64,000 nt of DNA from Malacoraja senta (GCA_038087875.1 CM075988.1:25360001-25424000), one strand, 5' to 3'. Counted from the stretch's first letter, positions 13,270-26,580 are shown. Notes: generated from the sequence alone by a model not told the origin. Numbers and translations are program-made.

Positions 13270-13649
13270 ATAAGAGCCTGACCCACTTACGCGATTTTTT
13301 TTGGCGACTTGCCGGCACCCGTCATAGTCGCAGCAGGTCTCCAAAAATTGTCAACATGTTGAAAATCCAGCGGTGACCAGAAAAAGGTACGACTCTTTGG
13401 CCTACTACTCACGACCGTACAGGCGACATGTCGTGGGGTGACGCCTGTTTGGTCGTGAGTAGTCGCCTAAAGAATCGTGCCTTTTTCTGGTCGCCGCTGG
13501 ATTTCCAACATGTTGAAAATTTTCGGCGACCTGCTGCGACTATGACGGGTGCCAGCAAGTCGCCAAAACAAATCGCGTAAGTGGGTCAGGCTCTTATCTC
13601 TCACCATTGAACCAGTACAAAAAATCGCGTAAGTGGGACAGGCCCTTTA
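13270..13649. mobile_element. Palindromic MITE with duplicated right end
   Basis: Nearly the whole element is an inverted repeat; termini taagagcctgacccact / agtgggacaggcccttta. Confidence 0.88.
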
Positions 13650-14024
13650 GTTTTCAATCCACTCGAGGCTCTGGGACATCTCAGGTTGTGGGAAACGGAC
13701 TGGGCCATTTGCACCTTCAGCACTTTCAGTGTTCAAAACAAAGGCTGAACAGGAGGTGCAACCTCATTAGCTCACATCAGTAGCACATCCTCCCATTGCC
13801 AAAACAGCAACTTCAAGAGTCAAGAGAGTTTTATTGTCATGTGCCCCAGATAGAACAATGACATTCTTACTTGCTGCAGCACAACAGAATATGTAAACAT
13901 AGCACACTGCAAACAATATGATAAATTAATAGTCTCCCAGGGTGGAGAATTCCACACATCTGATTGATTGAACTGAATGCTAGATCATGGAAACAAGCCA
14001 ACTAGCAGAGAAGATTCGGCTGGG

Positions 14025-14510
14025 GTTGAGGTGCATTTCCTCCAATTTACGGTGTTGCTCGCTGTGGCCATGGAGGAGACCCAGGACAGAGTGGTCAGAT
14101 ACGGAATGGGAGGGGGAGTTGAAGTGCTGAGCCACCGGGAGGTCAGGTTGGTTATTGCGGACCGACCGGAGGTGTTCGGCGAAACGATCGCCAAGCCTCC
14201 GCTTGGTCTCACCGATGTAGATCAGCTGGCATCTAGAACAGCGGATGCAGTAGATGAGGTTGGAGGAGATGCAGGTGAACCTCTGTCGCACCTGGAACGA
14301 CTGCTGTGGTTCCCCTCCCCTTCATCAGCCCTCTGGTTGTCTCCTCCCCTCCCCCAGCCCTCGGGCTCCTCCTCCGCCTTTTTCCTTTTTTCCTTTCTTC
14401 TCCCCACCCCCCATCAGTCTGAAGAAGGGTTTCGGCCCGAAACGTTGCCTATTTCCTTCGCTCCATAGATGCTGCTGCACCCGCTGAGTTTCTCCAGCAT
14501 TTTTGTGTAC
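14025..14510 (-). mobile_element. Penelope-like element: GIY-YIG endonuclease fragment (minus) joined to an inverted terminal repeat (plus)
   Basis: ORF 13980..14291 FTCISSNLIYCIRCSRCQLIYIGETKRRLGDRFAEHLRSV..PVAQHFN is a PLE GIY-YIG domain. Confidence 0.92.
14419..14446 (+). ncRNA. Minimal type I hammerhead-ribozyme-like core in PLE terminal repeat
   Basis: CUGAAGA-A-GGGU uucg GCCC-GAAAC-GUU; stem III is palindromic (AACGUU), stem I only about 2 bp. Confidence 0.6.
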
Positions 14511-15775
14511 CAGCAGAGAAGATTCACCAGGAGGTTGCCTGGGACGGACGGTGTTTCAGTTCTGAGAGGAATGGAGTGGAATACTTTATTGTCACGTGAC
14601 CAAGCACAGCGAGATTCTTTGCTTGCATGCCCAATGTGTACAAATAGCAGCCACCTACAGCACAGCCACAGTTACAAAGCACGCCAGCTTCTGCTTTTGT
14701 TCTACCCATCCCACCCCCCCCCCCCCCACCCCCAAGTGGCCAGGTCTGTTTCCCCTGGAGCAGCAGCAGGGGAGGTTAAGAGGGAACATGAGTGGGATAG
14801 ATATAAATATGAAGTGTATGGATCGGGTACTCTGCAGGAGTACTTTCCTCTTATCAGAAGCAAATTTAACTAGAGACCATAGGTTTAAAGGGCAAGAGAT
14901 ACAGAGGGGATCTGAGGGGAACCTTTTCACAGAGAGTAGCGAGTACCAGGAATACCATGCCGGGCGGGGGGAGTGGAGGAATCAGAAAGGGTGTCTAGTT
15001 GAGTTCATGGATAGGACAGGTTTGAAGGGATATGGGCCAAACGCGGCCAGGTGGGACTAGTATAGCTGGGACATGTTGGCCCATGTGGGCAAGTAGGACC
15101 AAAGGGCCTGTTTCCACACTGTATCACTCACTCTATGAGCACTGAAATTGCTTTGGCGTTAAAGGCTATGGGCTGCTTGCTGGAAGATGTGATTCGTACA
15201 GATTGGTGCCCAGTGATCAGCATGGACGTGATGGGCCAAATGGCCCGTTTCCATGCTGTATAAATCTATCAGAGGTCATCTCCTTCTCCTCCAGCCCTCT
15301 TCAGCAGGCATCTGAGCCACAGGCATTTGCTGCACTGCCGGCTGTCGAGGCTGCAGGCAGTCAGACATGAAAGTGCAGACTTTCAGACGTCTCCCTAGCA
15401 ACTTAAAGGCTGCCGTCTCTTTCCCCTGTACAAAGAACATTGCTTGCAGGAATATTCCGCAGCTGCCTGCCCAGATTACTCGAGCGTGTCTGGGAACTGA
15501 TCCCACTTCACTCTCATCAATGCAACTAGCAGTACTGTGCGAATGTCACAGATGAAGTACTTGATCTTTTTGCAGCGTTCGTTCGCACACAGAATTAGGT
15601 GATCATCAATTGAGTTTTAACACCAAATAAATAGCTCAAAGCAGTTTCTAAATCTGCCATTCCAGCTCGGGAAAAGGGTTGAAACAAAGAACTGCAGGTA
15701 CATATTTATACCAAAGAAAGGCACAGAGTGCTGGAGTAACTCAGTGGGTCAGGCAGCATCTCTGGAGAACAAGGA

Positions 15776-16070
15776 TAGACAATAGGCAATAGGTGCAGGA
15801 GTAGGCCATTCGGCCCTTCGAGCCAGCACCGCCATTCAATGTGATCATGACTGATCATCCCCAATCAGTACCCCGTTCCTGCCTTCTCCCCATATCCCCT
15901 GACTCCGCTATTTTTAAGAGCCCTATCTAGCTCTCTCTTGAAAGCATCCAGAGAACCTGCCTCCACCGCCCTCTGAGGCAGAGAATTCCACAGACTCGCC
16001 ACTCTCTGTGAGAAAAAGTGTTTCCTCGTCTCCGTTCTAAATGGCTTACTCCTTATTCTTAAACTGTGGC
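15776..16070 (-). mobile_element. Young CR1 3' fragment nested inside a PLE repeat (15688-16170)
   Basis: (ctattg)n tail; PLE sequence resumes on both sides. Confidence 0.85.
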
Positions 16071-16464
16071 CTTCATGACATAGGTAACATTCATGATCTG
16101 AAAAGTCACCTATACTTTACTCCAGAGATGCTGCCTGAACCGTTGAGTTCCTCCAGCATCTTGTGTCAATAAGTGTTTTTCAGTATCTATCGTCATATAG
16201 TCCAAAAGAACATACTACATTGCAGTGAGACCAACTCGCACTTTTGACACTGCGTCAGTGTATCCCACTCATTATCTGCTTATCCATCAACAATAAAACG
16301 TGTTTGGATGTGAAGTTTCAGTGAGTACAGGAAGCATTTCCTCATCCCTGGTCATCATTGCTCCTGCAAACACAGTCCACAGATATGCCAGTCGTTTGTC
16401 TAAGCTTGAGCTCTGAGGTACTGGAAATAAATGTTCTCCCCACCATCTCGATGGGCAGGTCTGT

Positions 16465-16640
16465 TTGGTTTAGTTTAGAGATACAGCGTGGAAACAGGCC
16501 CTTCGGCCCACTATCCTACCCCACTAGGGACATTTTTTACATTTACCAAACCAATTAACCTACAAACCTGTGGGAGGAGACCGAAGTTCTTGGAGAAAAC
16601 CCACGCAGGTCACGGGGAGAACGTACAAACTCCGTACAGA
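16465..16640 (-). mobile_element. Partial V-SINE (HE1-like)
   Basis: Shares core and tail with 9977-10302. Confidence 0.8.
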
Positions 16641-18093
16641 CATTTCTCATGAATTCCGTGTGAAGTGATCGAATGAAGATAATTTCTGCAGGTGATAGAT
16701 GTATGTTTCTGCTAAATTAGATTAAAATCCCTTCACTTCCCTTTATTTTTAAGAGAATGAAAGAAAGATTTTGCATTTCTGTTATATGTTCCTTTCCAAA
16801 AGCCTCAAAATCCTTTCTAGCCAACAATACGCCTAAAGAGTTGTTATTTCTATAATGTAGAAAACATTGCAGCCAAATTGGTCACGGCATGCACCCATAA
16901 ATAAGGTACGATAACTGACTAGGTAATTGGTTTGAGAAATGTTGATTAAAAGATAGATCGTGACCAGGTCACCCGGGATAAATCTACTGCTTTTTCTTTG
17001 AAATAATATCATGGGATTTCTTTTTAATCTCTCCTTGATAATGAGCATATGTGATATCAGTTTAATGTTTCATCTGACAGCTCTTACAATAGTGATATTG
17101 TAAATTTTGAAAGAAAAGATGGCTGCATTTTTTAAAATGCTAATATTAGAACATATCGAACCAGGGAGAATACAAAGAGTCCACAACGGAGACAGCGCAG
17201 TCCATCCAAGTGCAACACAAAGTGCTGGAGTAACTCAGCATGTCAGGCTGCTTCTCTGGAGGACAGGGATAGGTTGAGACATCTCCAGGCTGAATGTCTC
17301 AACCGGCTATGCCCATTGCTGGATAATCCATGTACTACTGCAGACCTTGCTCTTAACACTCCGATAACGCAACGATGTGGACAGCAGTGGCGAGCCGCTA
17401 TGTAGCATAAGGACACGAAGGAAGAATGGATAGGTGACATTACAGGTTGGGAGCCTTCAGCATGGATTATGAAATGTTATGAAAGATGAGATGCAACGGG
17501 AATGAGACTGAAAAGAGGAATAAAAGAAGGGTTTTAAAAAAAAGTGCATTTTGGAAGGTAGATGGGAGTGGAAAGATCAACACAGCAGTTGGAAGGGCTG
17601 CACAGGGAACTGCAGATGCTGGAATCCTACCTGGAACACAAAGGGCTGGAGTAATTCAACGGGTCAGGCAGCATCTGGGGGAGGAATGGAAACCAGATGT
17701 TTTGGGTGGTGATCCTCCTTCGCCTGGCCATTCCCTCCCCAGATGCTGCCTGACCTGATGAGTTACTCCAGCATTTTGTGTTTTGCCCGAGATTTGAGCA
17801 TCTGCAGGTTTTTTTCTCCCACTCTTTTTTTCCCCTCTAGAAACTATCCCACTTTTATCGACATAGATTCAATTCTGATTACACACAATACAGTATAAAC
17901 AATTTTAATTCATGCACCTCCTACAGAAAGCGGTTTATAAGCTTGAAAGCTGAAGATACAAGCCTATGCAACCATTTTCTGCACAGCATACTTGTACACC
18001 AATACCAATCACACCTTTGATGATATCAATACTTTTCACATGTTGGTTCATGACCGATTGACTTGAGCAGACAAGAGAGAACATTTGTTCTTC

Positions 18094-18315
18094 TGGACAC
18101 AAAATGTTGGAGTAACTCAGCGGGACAGGCAGCATCTCTGGGGAGAAGGAATCAATGACGTTTTGGGACAAGACTTTTCTTCAGTCTGAAGAAGGATCTT
18201 GACCTGAAACGTTGCCCATTGCTTTTCTCCAGCGACGCTGCCTGTCCCGTTGAGATACTCCAACATTTTGTGTCTATCGTCGGTGTAAACTAGCATCTGC
18301 AGTTCTTTCCTTCAC
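18094..18315. mobile_element. Palindromic PLE terminal-repeat element
   Basis: Inverted arms centred on cttcagtctgaag. Confidence 0.85.
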
Positions 18316-18369
18316 ATTCTTTCTTATGGATATAAGCATTTGGTGATTGATCTCTACGCCAATTCCTAC

Positions 18370-18514
18370 TTGTAGGTTATATCAGTCCCCAGGTTTGCTG
18401 CTGCAAGTTCTTCTGCTGTCATCCACGCTGGCAAAGTGTTCCCCGAAACCCACTTCGTCCACTCAAACAGTCCCGGCTCCACCCGAAGCGTTATCTGGTT
18501 CTCCTGTTGAAGTC
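18370..18514 (-). CDS. UBASH3B: UBASH3B exon 11 (145 nt): LQQENQITLRVEPGLFEWTKWVSGNTLPAWMTAEELAAANLGTDITY
   Basis: Manual translation; ttgcag acceptor, gtagga donor. Confidence 0.95.
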
Positions 18515-19498
18515 CTGCAAACAAAATATCCAGCATCACTGACTTAGTGACTCATTCAGCACAAAAAACCCCCATCTCCAAATCAAACACATTACACGGG
18601 CTCATTGATGTTCCAAGGTCAGCATGTCTAATGAGTTTATAACGAGCAACATAAAAAAGTTGACGAATGCTTGAGCGGAGAGGAAAAGGGGGGGGGGGGG
18701 GAACTAGTGGAAGCAAGGACAGATTCGAAGATTAAAAAGAAAGGGAGAATATTAACAGGAATACTAGAGAATTAAAACCCACATCTTTCAAACAACAATC
18801 TTGCATCACTGCTTCATAGAGCGCCCCTGTCAACAGATCATCACCGACATTGGGTGGGAGGACTTTGATTTATATATATATAAATGAAAGACAAAGAAAC
18901 AGAATAAAAGGAGTGGTGAATCTTCAAAGTGTATTGAATGCACACCGCATCTCATCGTCCCAACTTGCCACCTCCTCAGAATTATTTAAATACCTCAGAG
19001 ATTTGAAACGTCTATGGATATAGGGACTGTTTTGTGAGCCCTCTCTGGGATAATGTCAAACAAAGATACCATTAGGTGCAGGATACCCATCTCCTTAAGC
19101 CTGCTCCAGCATTCCTGTAGGAGGTTCATGTTTAACCTGATTTTAACTTAAATTTGTAATCCTGCCAACTTCCACACCTCCGCTGATCAAGAATCTACAT
19201 TAACCTTAAAAAAATGTTCTCGTCTTCCACGACTCTTTTAAGGAAGAGTTTCAAAGACTCACGGCCTTCTGAGAAAATATTGTGCCTTGTTTTTGTTTTA
19301 ACTGGATGAGCCCTCTTTTTTATGCAGTTGTTCCTCATTCAAGATTCGCCCATAGGGAAAAATGTTCTCCTTATTCACCCGAACAAGAACCCACGATCTT
19401 ATGTTTCAATCCAGATAACCTTCACTCTTCTAAATTCAGACACGCCTAGCCTATCCAACCTCTCCCCGTAAGATAATCCAACAACAATAACAGAAAAA

Positions 19499-19970
19499 GT
19501 CTGAAGAAGGGTCTCGACCCAAAACATCACCCATTCCTTCTCTCCAGAGAACTCTGTCCCACTGAGTTACTCCACCTTTTTGTGAATAGCAAAACAGCAC
19601 ATTTGCTGAATAGTCTTGTGTAGGAAAGAACTGGTTTAAATCGAAGGTAGACACAAAATGCTGGAGTAACTCAGCGGGTGAGGCAGCATCTCTGGAGAGA
19701 AGGAATGGGCGACATTTTGGGTCGAGACCCTTCTTCAGACTGATGTCAGGGGAGGGGGCAGGATAAAGATAGAATGTAGGCGGAGACAGTAAGACTAGTG
19801 GGAGAATTGGGAAGAGGAAGGGGATGGAGAGAGAAAGCAAGGGCTATCTAAAGTTAGAGAAGTCAATGTTCATACCGCTGTGGTGTAAACTACCCAAACA
19901 AAATATGAGATGCTGTTCCTCCAATTTGCGCTGGGCCTCACTCTGACAATGGAGGAGGCCCAGGACAGTT
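19499..19970 (-). mobile_element. PLE 3' end fragment(s) with terminal repeats
   Basis: Encodes the end of the GIY-YIG ORF (KLEEQHLIF.LG....GMNIDFSNFR-like) plus the shared repeat. Confidence 0.85.
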
Positions 19971-20128
19971 GGCAAGGAAATTCAAGGGTGCAAGGGGGCC
20001 AAGGGTGAGAATAAAAGGCTTGGTACAGAAGAACAGGAGGGGGTATAGAGTGAGACCTCTGGGAAGGAGTGGCAGAGGCTGGGTAGTGGGCCAGTGGAGG
20101 TGTTAGCATAAATAGACGTCCCCCTTAC

Positions 20129-20221
20129 CTCTTAATATGTTGAATGCAGTCTGTACACAGCGCAGCGAGGGTGAGCAGTAAACATAGTCAATGATGGATT
20201 TACTCTCCAGCAGAGCCTCAC
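20129..20221 (-). CDS. UBASH3B: UBASH3B exon 10 (93 nt): EALLESKSIIDYVYCSPSLRCVQTAFNILR
   Basis: Manual translation; SPxLRCVQTA motif; ttgcag acceptor, gtaagg donor. Confidence 0.96.
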
Positions 20222-20602
20222 CTGCAAGGCAAACATAACAATCTGATTAATCTTCCCACATATTCTGCAGGTAATGCAAAACCTGTTCTCAAACTTCCCC
20301 CTCAAAACTGAAAGTAACAAAGACAGTATTGTTCTGACATCTAATACATCCAAATTCCTGCCTGTCAGCTCCTGAAACATAACGAGTCCAGAATATGTTC
20401 AATCTAATTCTCCTCGGACTAATCTTCCACCTCCCTAACCTGATTGGTGAACAGAAAGGTGGAATTAAACAACCAAACCATTGTCCACCCACTGAAAATG
20501 CCACAAATCATTTATTTAATGCAATTGTCAGATCTCACTGTTGTGTTATACATCTTAAATCAAACAATGGGGTCAAGGAAAGAGATACATCATTTACTCA
20601 AA

Positions 20603-20995
20603 ACATAGAAACATAGAAACATAGAAACTAGGTGCAGGAGTAGGCCATTCGGCCCTTCGAGCCTGCACCGCCATTCAATATGATCATGGCTGATCATCCA
20701 ACTCAGTATCCCGTACCTGCCTTCTCTCCATACCCTCTGATCCCTTTAGCCACAAGGGCCACATCTAGCTCCCTCTTAAATATAGCCAATGAACTGGCCT
20801 CGACTACCCTCTGTGGCAGAGAGTTCCAGAGATTCACCACTCTCTGTGTGAAAAAAGTTCTTCTCATCTCGGTTTTAAAGGATTTCCCCCTTATCCTTAA
20901 GCTGTGACCCCTTGTCCTGGACTTCCCCAACATCGGGAGCAATCTTCCTGCATCTAGCCTGTCCAACCCCTTAAGAATTTTGTAAGTTTCTATAA
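20603..20995 (-). mobile_element. Young CR1 (HER1-like) LINE 3' fragment
   Basis: LIETYKILKGLDRLD...FFTQRVVNLWNSLP; (tttctatg)n tail; near-identical to 55123-55514. Confidence 0.92.
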
Positions 20996-21258
20996 GTGTA
21001 ATCATCGTTTCAGATCTGTGACTGAATTTCAATTTTCCACTCATGTGAATATTGCCTGATGTCCTTGACTAAAAACCCTGCAACCATGTCCCTAAACAAG
21101 AGCCATCTCTTGGGTTTGGGTTGGGCTTCCTTAATGTAACCCAACAAGAGAACAAAGTTTTAAAGAAGGAACTGCAGATGCTGGAAAATCGAAGGTACAC
21201 AAAAATGCTGGAGAAACTCAGCGGGTGCAGCAGCATCTATGGAGCGAAGGAAATAGGC

Positions 21259-21286
21259 AACGTTTCGGGCCGAAACCCTTCTTCAG
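21259..21286 (-). ncRNA. Minimal hammerhead-like core, sense to UBASH3B (intron 9)
   Basis: Reverse complement ctgaagaagggtttcggcccgaaacgtt. Confidence 0.6.
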
Positions 21287-21919
21287 ACGACAAAGTTTAC
21301 AGGAAGGAAGTGCAGATGTTGGTTTCTGTCGAAGGTAGGCACAAAGTGTTGCTAATTCACCGGGTCAGGCAGCATCCCTGGAGAAAAGGAAGAAGGGTTC
21401 CGAGGGGATCTTCGGATCGGAACGATGAAGGGTTCCGACCCAAAACTTCACCTGTTACTTTTCTCCGGAGATGCTGCCAGACCCGCTGAGTTGCTCCAGC
21501 ACTTTGTGTCTATCTTCGGTAGATTCCGTGCCATTTATAGAGGATGTGATGACTCTTTAGGATCACTGCTACATTCAACCAGACCAATCTTTGACCAAGA
21601 TCTCCCAGTCCAGATATCATTGAAGTAAATCAGACCTTCTCCCATGCCAAGCTACGATGTGACACACAAAACTGAACACAGCCTCCAATTGGTACAGGTG
21701 ACAATAAAAGACCTCTGAAACCTTGGAGTTTTGCGTCTGATCCAAGAATCTGTACACCTGAAGATCACCTTCCTTTCCCTTGGCATTCAGATTTGTTGGT
21801 TCAAATAGTACTGGGACTCAAAACCTTGGTCAGAGATTTCAAACCGAGGATGACAGTGAGAATGTTTACAACAACTCAAGATTGCCATGAGAATAGGAAA
21901 AACGACAGCACACAAGCCA

Positions 21920-22170
21920 ATAACCAATAGACAATAGGTGCAGGAGTAGGCCATTTGGCCCTTCGAGCCAGCACCGCCATTCAATGTGATCATGGCTGAT
22001 CATCCCCAATCAGTACCCCGTTCCTGCCTTCTCCCCATATCCCCTGACTCCGCTATTTTTAAGAACCCTTAACAATCTTATATGTTTCAATGAGATCTCC
22101 TCTCATCCTTCTAAACTCCAGAGTGTACAAGCCCAGCTGCTCCATTCTCTCAGCATATGACAGTCCCACA
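21920..22170 (-). mobile_element. Internally deleted CR1 fragment flanked by a 92-bp direct duplication
   Basis: (ctattg)n tail; flanks 21827-21918 and 22187-22278 are copies of each other. Confidence 0.85.
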
Positions 22171-22328
22171 TTTGACAGTCCCACCATGGTCAGAGATTTT
22201 CAAACTGAGGATGACAGTGAGAATGTTTACAAGAACTCAAGATTGCCATGAGAATAAGAAAACAACAGCACACAAGCCGCAAGAGGACCCAAATTGTGAG
22301 TGAAGGGTTGTTGATAGAATTGACTTAC

Positions 22329-22451
22329 CAACAAGCCTGGCCTGGGTGCAGCCGAACACAGTGATGGGAGCATCTTTCTCATAGTCCTTGTAGCCACCAC
22401 TTCTTTGCGGCAAACTTGGGGGCATGTTCAAATTGGACCGTATGTAATTAC
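22329..22451 (-). CDS. UBASH3B: UBASH3B exon 9 (123 nt): NYIRSNLNMPPSLPQRSGGYKDYEKDAPITVFGCTQARLV
   Basis: ORF 22237..22431 plus upstream codons; aatag acceptor, gtaagt donor. Confidence 0.96.
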
Positions 22452-23052
22452 CTATTGGAAGAGTAAATGGCAGTGGATTAACCCTAGAGATAAAAGCCTG
22501 AACAAAACACCAACAGATTTATAATCAGCACATTCATGACTCTGGAAAGATTAGCATTTCATTTCTCTTAACTTGACAAAAGCTGGTCAGAACCCTACAC
22601 TAAGTCGACAACTAAACAGCGCACTGTCTCAAAATGCCGACTGTTGCCTCCAAGGGAGAAGCGACTGAGGTGTAATGGACCATTATGGTACTACAGGTGG
22701 ATGTCAAATTACCGTGCCTTGAGTGAGCAATTGGCATCTCTCAATGTTGCCATCTTAAGGAGCGACGTTGTCTTCTGTCTACTGGAGTGCAGTAAAGGCC
22801 ACGGGCTACTTATTTATACACATGTTCTTGGTATCGATAACTTTGTCAAATCAATGTTAGGAATGTTTTTCGTATCATCTGTGGTCACCAATGGGAGCCC
22901 AATAAAGTTAACTGGACCTCAAGCCCTCAGATAAAAGGCAATTTCAAAATGAATAGAAAACTAAATGCAATCCAAAAATTAAAGTCAGCAACATTTCCTA
23001 GTCCTTACTCCTACATATTGGTTCTTGCACAAAAAATTACCTGGAGGATACA

Positions 23053-23280
23053 GGAGGTAGACAAAAAATGCTGGAGAAACTCGGCGGGTGAGGCAGCATC
23101 TATGGAGCGAAGGAATAGGTGACGTTCTTTAGACTGATGTGGGGGGGGGGGGGGCGGGAAGAAGAAAGGAAGAGGCGGAGACAGTGGATGTGCGAGAGCT
23201 GGGAAGGGAGGGGAAAGAGGAGAGAAAGCAAGGACTACCTGAAATTGGAGAAGTCAATGTTCATACCGCTGGGGTGTAAA
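23053..23280 (-). mobile_element. PLE 3' end fragment
   Basis: GLHPSGMNIDFSNFR* followed by terminal repeat. Confidence 0.8.
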
Positions 23281-24371
23281 CCCGCTGGGGTTGGGTGAGG
23301 ATACAGGGATTGGACAGGTACTGATTTGTATGAAGGTCCAATAACCTGTGGGAATAAGTATTGTGGAGACACAAAGAATCTTTTCTCCAGACGAAGGTTG
23401 TCGTGATCAAGGTAACACACACTCCTGGATCCAAATTCCCAAGACCAACACCCGGGAAGAGTGTGGCAGAGGAGGGTCTGGGCTGTGACTGTCAACCCAA
23501 CATCACCTATAGTCTTTCCGTTCACTGGTTAGCACGCAACAAAAACTTTCCACTGTGCCTCGGTACACGTGACAATAAACTAAACTAGACATTGTATTCA
23601 AATCATATATTGTCCCATTATATCTGTGCAAGAAAGAACTGCAGATGCTGGTGAAATCAATGGTAGACTCAAAATGCTGGAGTAACTCAGCGGGTGAGGC
23701 AGCATCTCTGGAGAAGGCATGAACGGGGTACTGATTGGGGATGATCAGCCATGATCACATTGAATGGCGGTGCTGGCTCGAAAGGCTAAATGGCCTACTC
23801 CTGCACCTATTGTGCAACGTTTCGGGTCGAGACCCTTTTCCCAAAGTTGCCCATTCCTTCTCTCCAGAGATGCTGCCTCACCCGCTGAGTTACTCCAGCA
23901 TTTTGTATGACCCCATTCTATTGGGTGACTAATACTAAAAACTAACATGATCTGTTGTTCCTTTCACATTTTGTGTTTATTTTTCCCCACATGGATTCTG
24001 CAAGAGTGAATTTTATTCCGTAACTCGGAGATTTGGGCAGTGATTTATGAATTCTGCAAGGGCAAACTTCTCTAACCTGAACGCTGCATCGCAGGTTTGG
24101 AGAGTAGTCGTGAGATTAACTTCAGTCAGGACACCGCTGTTCTTTCAAAGTGTGTCACTGAATCTTTTTATATCCACCCAAGGGCCTTGGCGTTACCCAA
24201 AAGAGGGCAGACTGACGGTGCGGCACTCAGTACTGTCTGAGAGAACGTCAGCCCAGACCGTGTTGAAGGTGAAGCAAGGTTGTGACTTGCAGAACAGCAA
24301 GCTCTTCCTCACATCAGACCATGCGAATGGAAACAGATGCCTCCGGGCCCCACGAGGGAAAACAGACCAAC

Positions 24372-24492
24372 CTTTTGAATCGAAGCATTGAGAGAGCCAG
24401 TGCTTCCCAAAAACCACATCCATCCTCTCGCCATGCCGACAAATGTACAGATCCCGCTTGACCAGACTGGACCGGCAGTTCTTCGCCAGCAT
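24372..24492 (-). CDS. UBASH3B: UBASH3B exon 8 (121 nt), start of histidine-phosphatase domain with RHGE motif: ...DLYICRHGERMDVVFGKHWLSQCFDSK
   Basis: ORF 24193..24594 translation; cccacag acceptor, gttggt donor. Confidence 0.96.
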
Positions 24493-26438
24493 CTGTGGGA
24501 AACACCAAGCAAAAGAGTAGTGCAGTGTAGCGGAGATTGCTGGTCGGCGCGGACTCGGTGGGCCGAAGGGCCTGTTTCCCTGCTGTATCTCCAAACTACA
24601 CTAAACCAGTGGCAATGAAAGATAACCAATGCAAAAAACAGCAAAGCCAAATATGTATTATCCATTTGGGACCTCTGTTTAATGCTGTCTTTTCCCCCAA
24701 TGGTTTGTTTGTGGGTTGGCCAGGATAAGGACAAAAACACAAAGTGCTGGAGGAACTCAGCATCTGTGGTCAAGCAGCATCTGTGGTGCGAATGGACAGA
24801 TGATGTTTTAGGTCAGGACTCATCTTCAGACTGATTGTAGCAGGGGTCTGACCCGAAACATCGCCTGTCCGTTCGATCCACAGATGCTCCCTGACCAAGC
24901 GAGTTCCTCCAGCACTATGGTGGCTTGCTGAAGATTCCCTGTGTGTGACCGGTGAAGGATGCAAGTAACACACCTCTTCCCCCTCTCTGCTTCCTGTGCA
25001 CCTCTATCCCATTGTGCACCGATTTCTCTCACTACCACTCTCACTGTCTCCACATGTCCCCTTCCACCTGGCTCTACATTTCACACTTCTCTCCTCACCT
25101 TTATTCTCCTTTTCATCTCTACGCTTTGTCACTTGCTTCTCCTCCCTTGCATCAACCTATCACTTGCCAAGCTACCCCCTCCCCCACTGCAATCAGGCTG
25201 AAGATGTGTCCCGGCCCAAACCCATTCCCTCTCAATGTCCCGCCTTCCCCACTGAGATACTCCAGCACTGTGATTATATCCTATTGCATTTAATTGTTGT
25301 TTTTAATATTTAACAACAGCATCAGCAGCGAGCAGGCAACACTTTTATTGTATTCACGTGGCAAGGAGTCCCAGGAACCCACCTTCTGGATGGAGACAGG
25401 ATTTTGTCCATCCTGCATTGATTGGTGTTGATCAGCAGGGGGCAGAGCGTCCACATTTGGTGCCAAGGAAGCCTGCAATAGGTGGTGAATCTGTGGAATT
25501 CTTTGCCACAGAGGGCTGTGGAGGCCAAGTCAGTGGATATTTTTAAGGCAGAGATAGATAGATTCTTGATTAGTATCAATAACACCATTGGGGTGTTATT
25601 GGGATCAGCCACGATCATATTTAATGGCGGTGCTGGCTCGAAGGGCCGAATGGCCTAAACTCCTGCAGCTATTTTCTATGTTTCTAAGGCAGGAGACTGA
25701 GGTTGAGAGGGTGAGATAGATCAGCCATGATTGAAATGTGGAATAGACTTGATGGACCGAATGGCCTAATTCTGCTGCTATCACTTATGACCTTAAACCC
25801 CATAGATCCAGCTGATGTCGCCCCTTGCCCCTCACCCCTGGACTGCAGAGGGTGGACACCAGCTGGGGTTATCTCCACACTACAGAGGAATGTTATGAGG
25901 TCACAGCCATCATTTATTACAGTGGTGCTGTTGCAGCTAGACTTGGTGTCCTTTTTGAAGGGACTTTTAAGAAGAGATTTAACAGATTTATGAGGAGAAG
26001 TCAGAATGAAATATAACTGCTTCCACCCATAGGAGGATGAATAACCAAAGGATAGAAGGCAAGTTGATTGAAATCAAATCGGAGTGGGGACTTTAACATA
26101 TGATGAGCATAGAGTACAGATGATAGAAGCAGGTACAACAGTGACATTCAAAAGCCAATAGTTATGAGTGTTTTATTGTCATATGTACCAGAACGGAACA
26201 ATGACATGCTTACTTGCAGCAGCAACACAAATGATTTGTAGACACAGTACTGAATAGAATAAACTTGTTAAGGATTTAAATTGCCAGGAGCATGAGGAAA
26301 TGTCAGAAGGTGTATCCAAGAGGGGGGATCGGTACAAAGTGCCACCATGTCACCATCTGCCACATGGATGCTGCAATAATTCACCACCAGACATTTGTAC
26401 AGGACGGGCCACAACATGCAAATATAGATGCAGCTTAC

Positions 26439-26571
26439 CAGCATCGGTTGGCAGATGACATTGGAGGGCAGAGACAGAGCCTCACCCTGCTCCTCCTGGT
26501 TTCTCCTCCGAAGAACTCCGTCATATAAACTGGCACCAGCAGAAGCAGTCGCAGTCAGGAATGAGTTGGAT
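26439..26571 (-). CDS. UBASH3B: UBASH3B exon 7 (133 nt), linker: SNSFLTATASAGASLYDGVLRRRNQEEQGEALSLPSNVICQPML
   Basis: Manual translation (not in ORF track); similar to human DGVLERR...IICQPMQ; tactcag acceptor, gtaagc donor; phases fit exons 6 and 8. Confidence 0.92.
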
Positions 26572-26580
26572 CTGAGTAAA

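Noticed and set aside
15276..15555. GC-richer unique segment in intron 11 as an extra exon
   Set aside because: Exons 11 and 12 already join in frame; no recognisable peptide or convincing splice pair.
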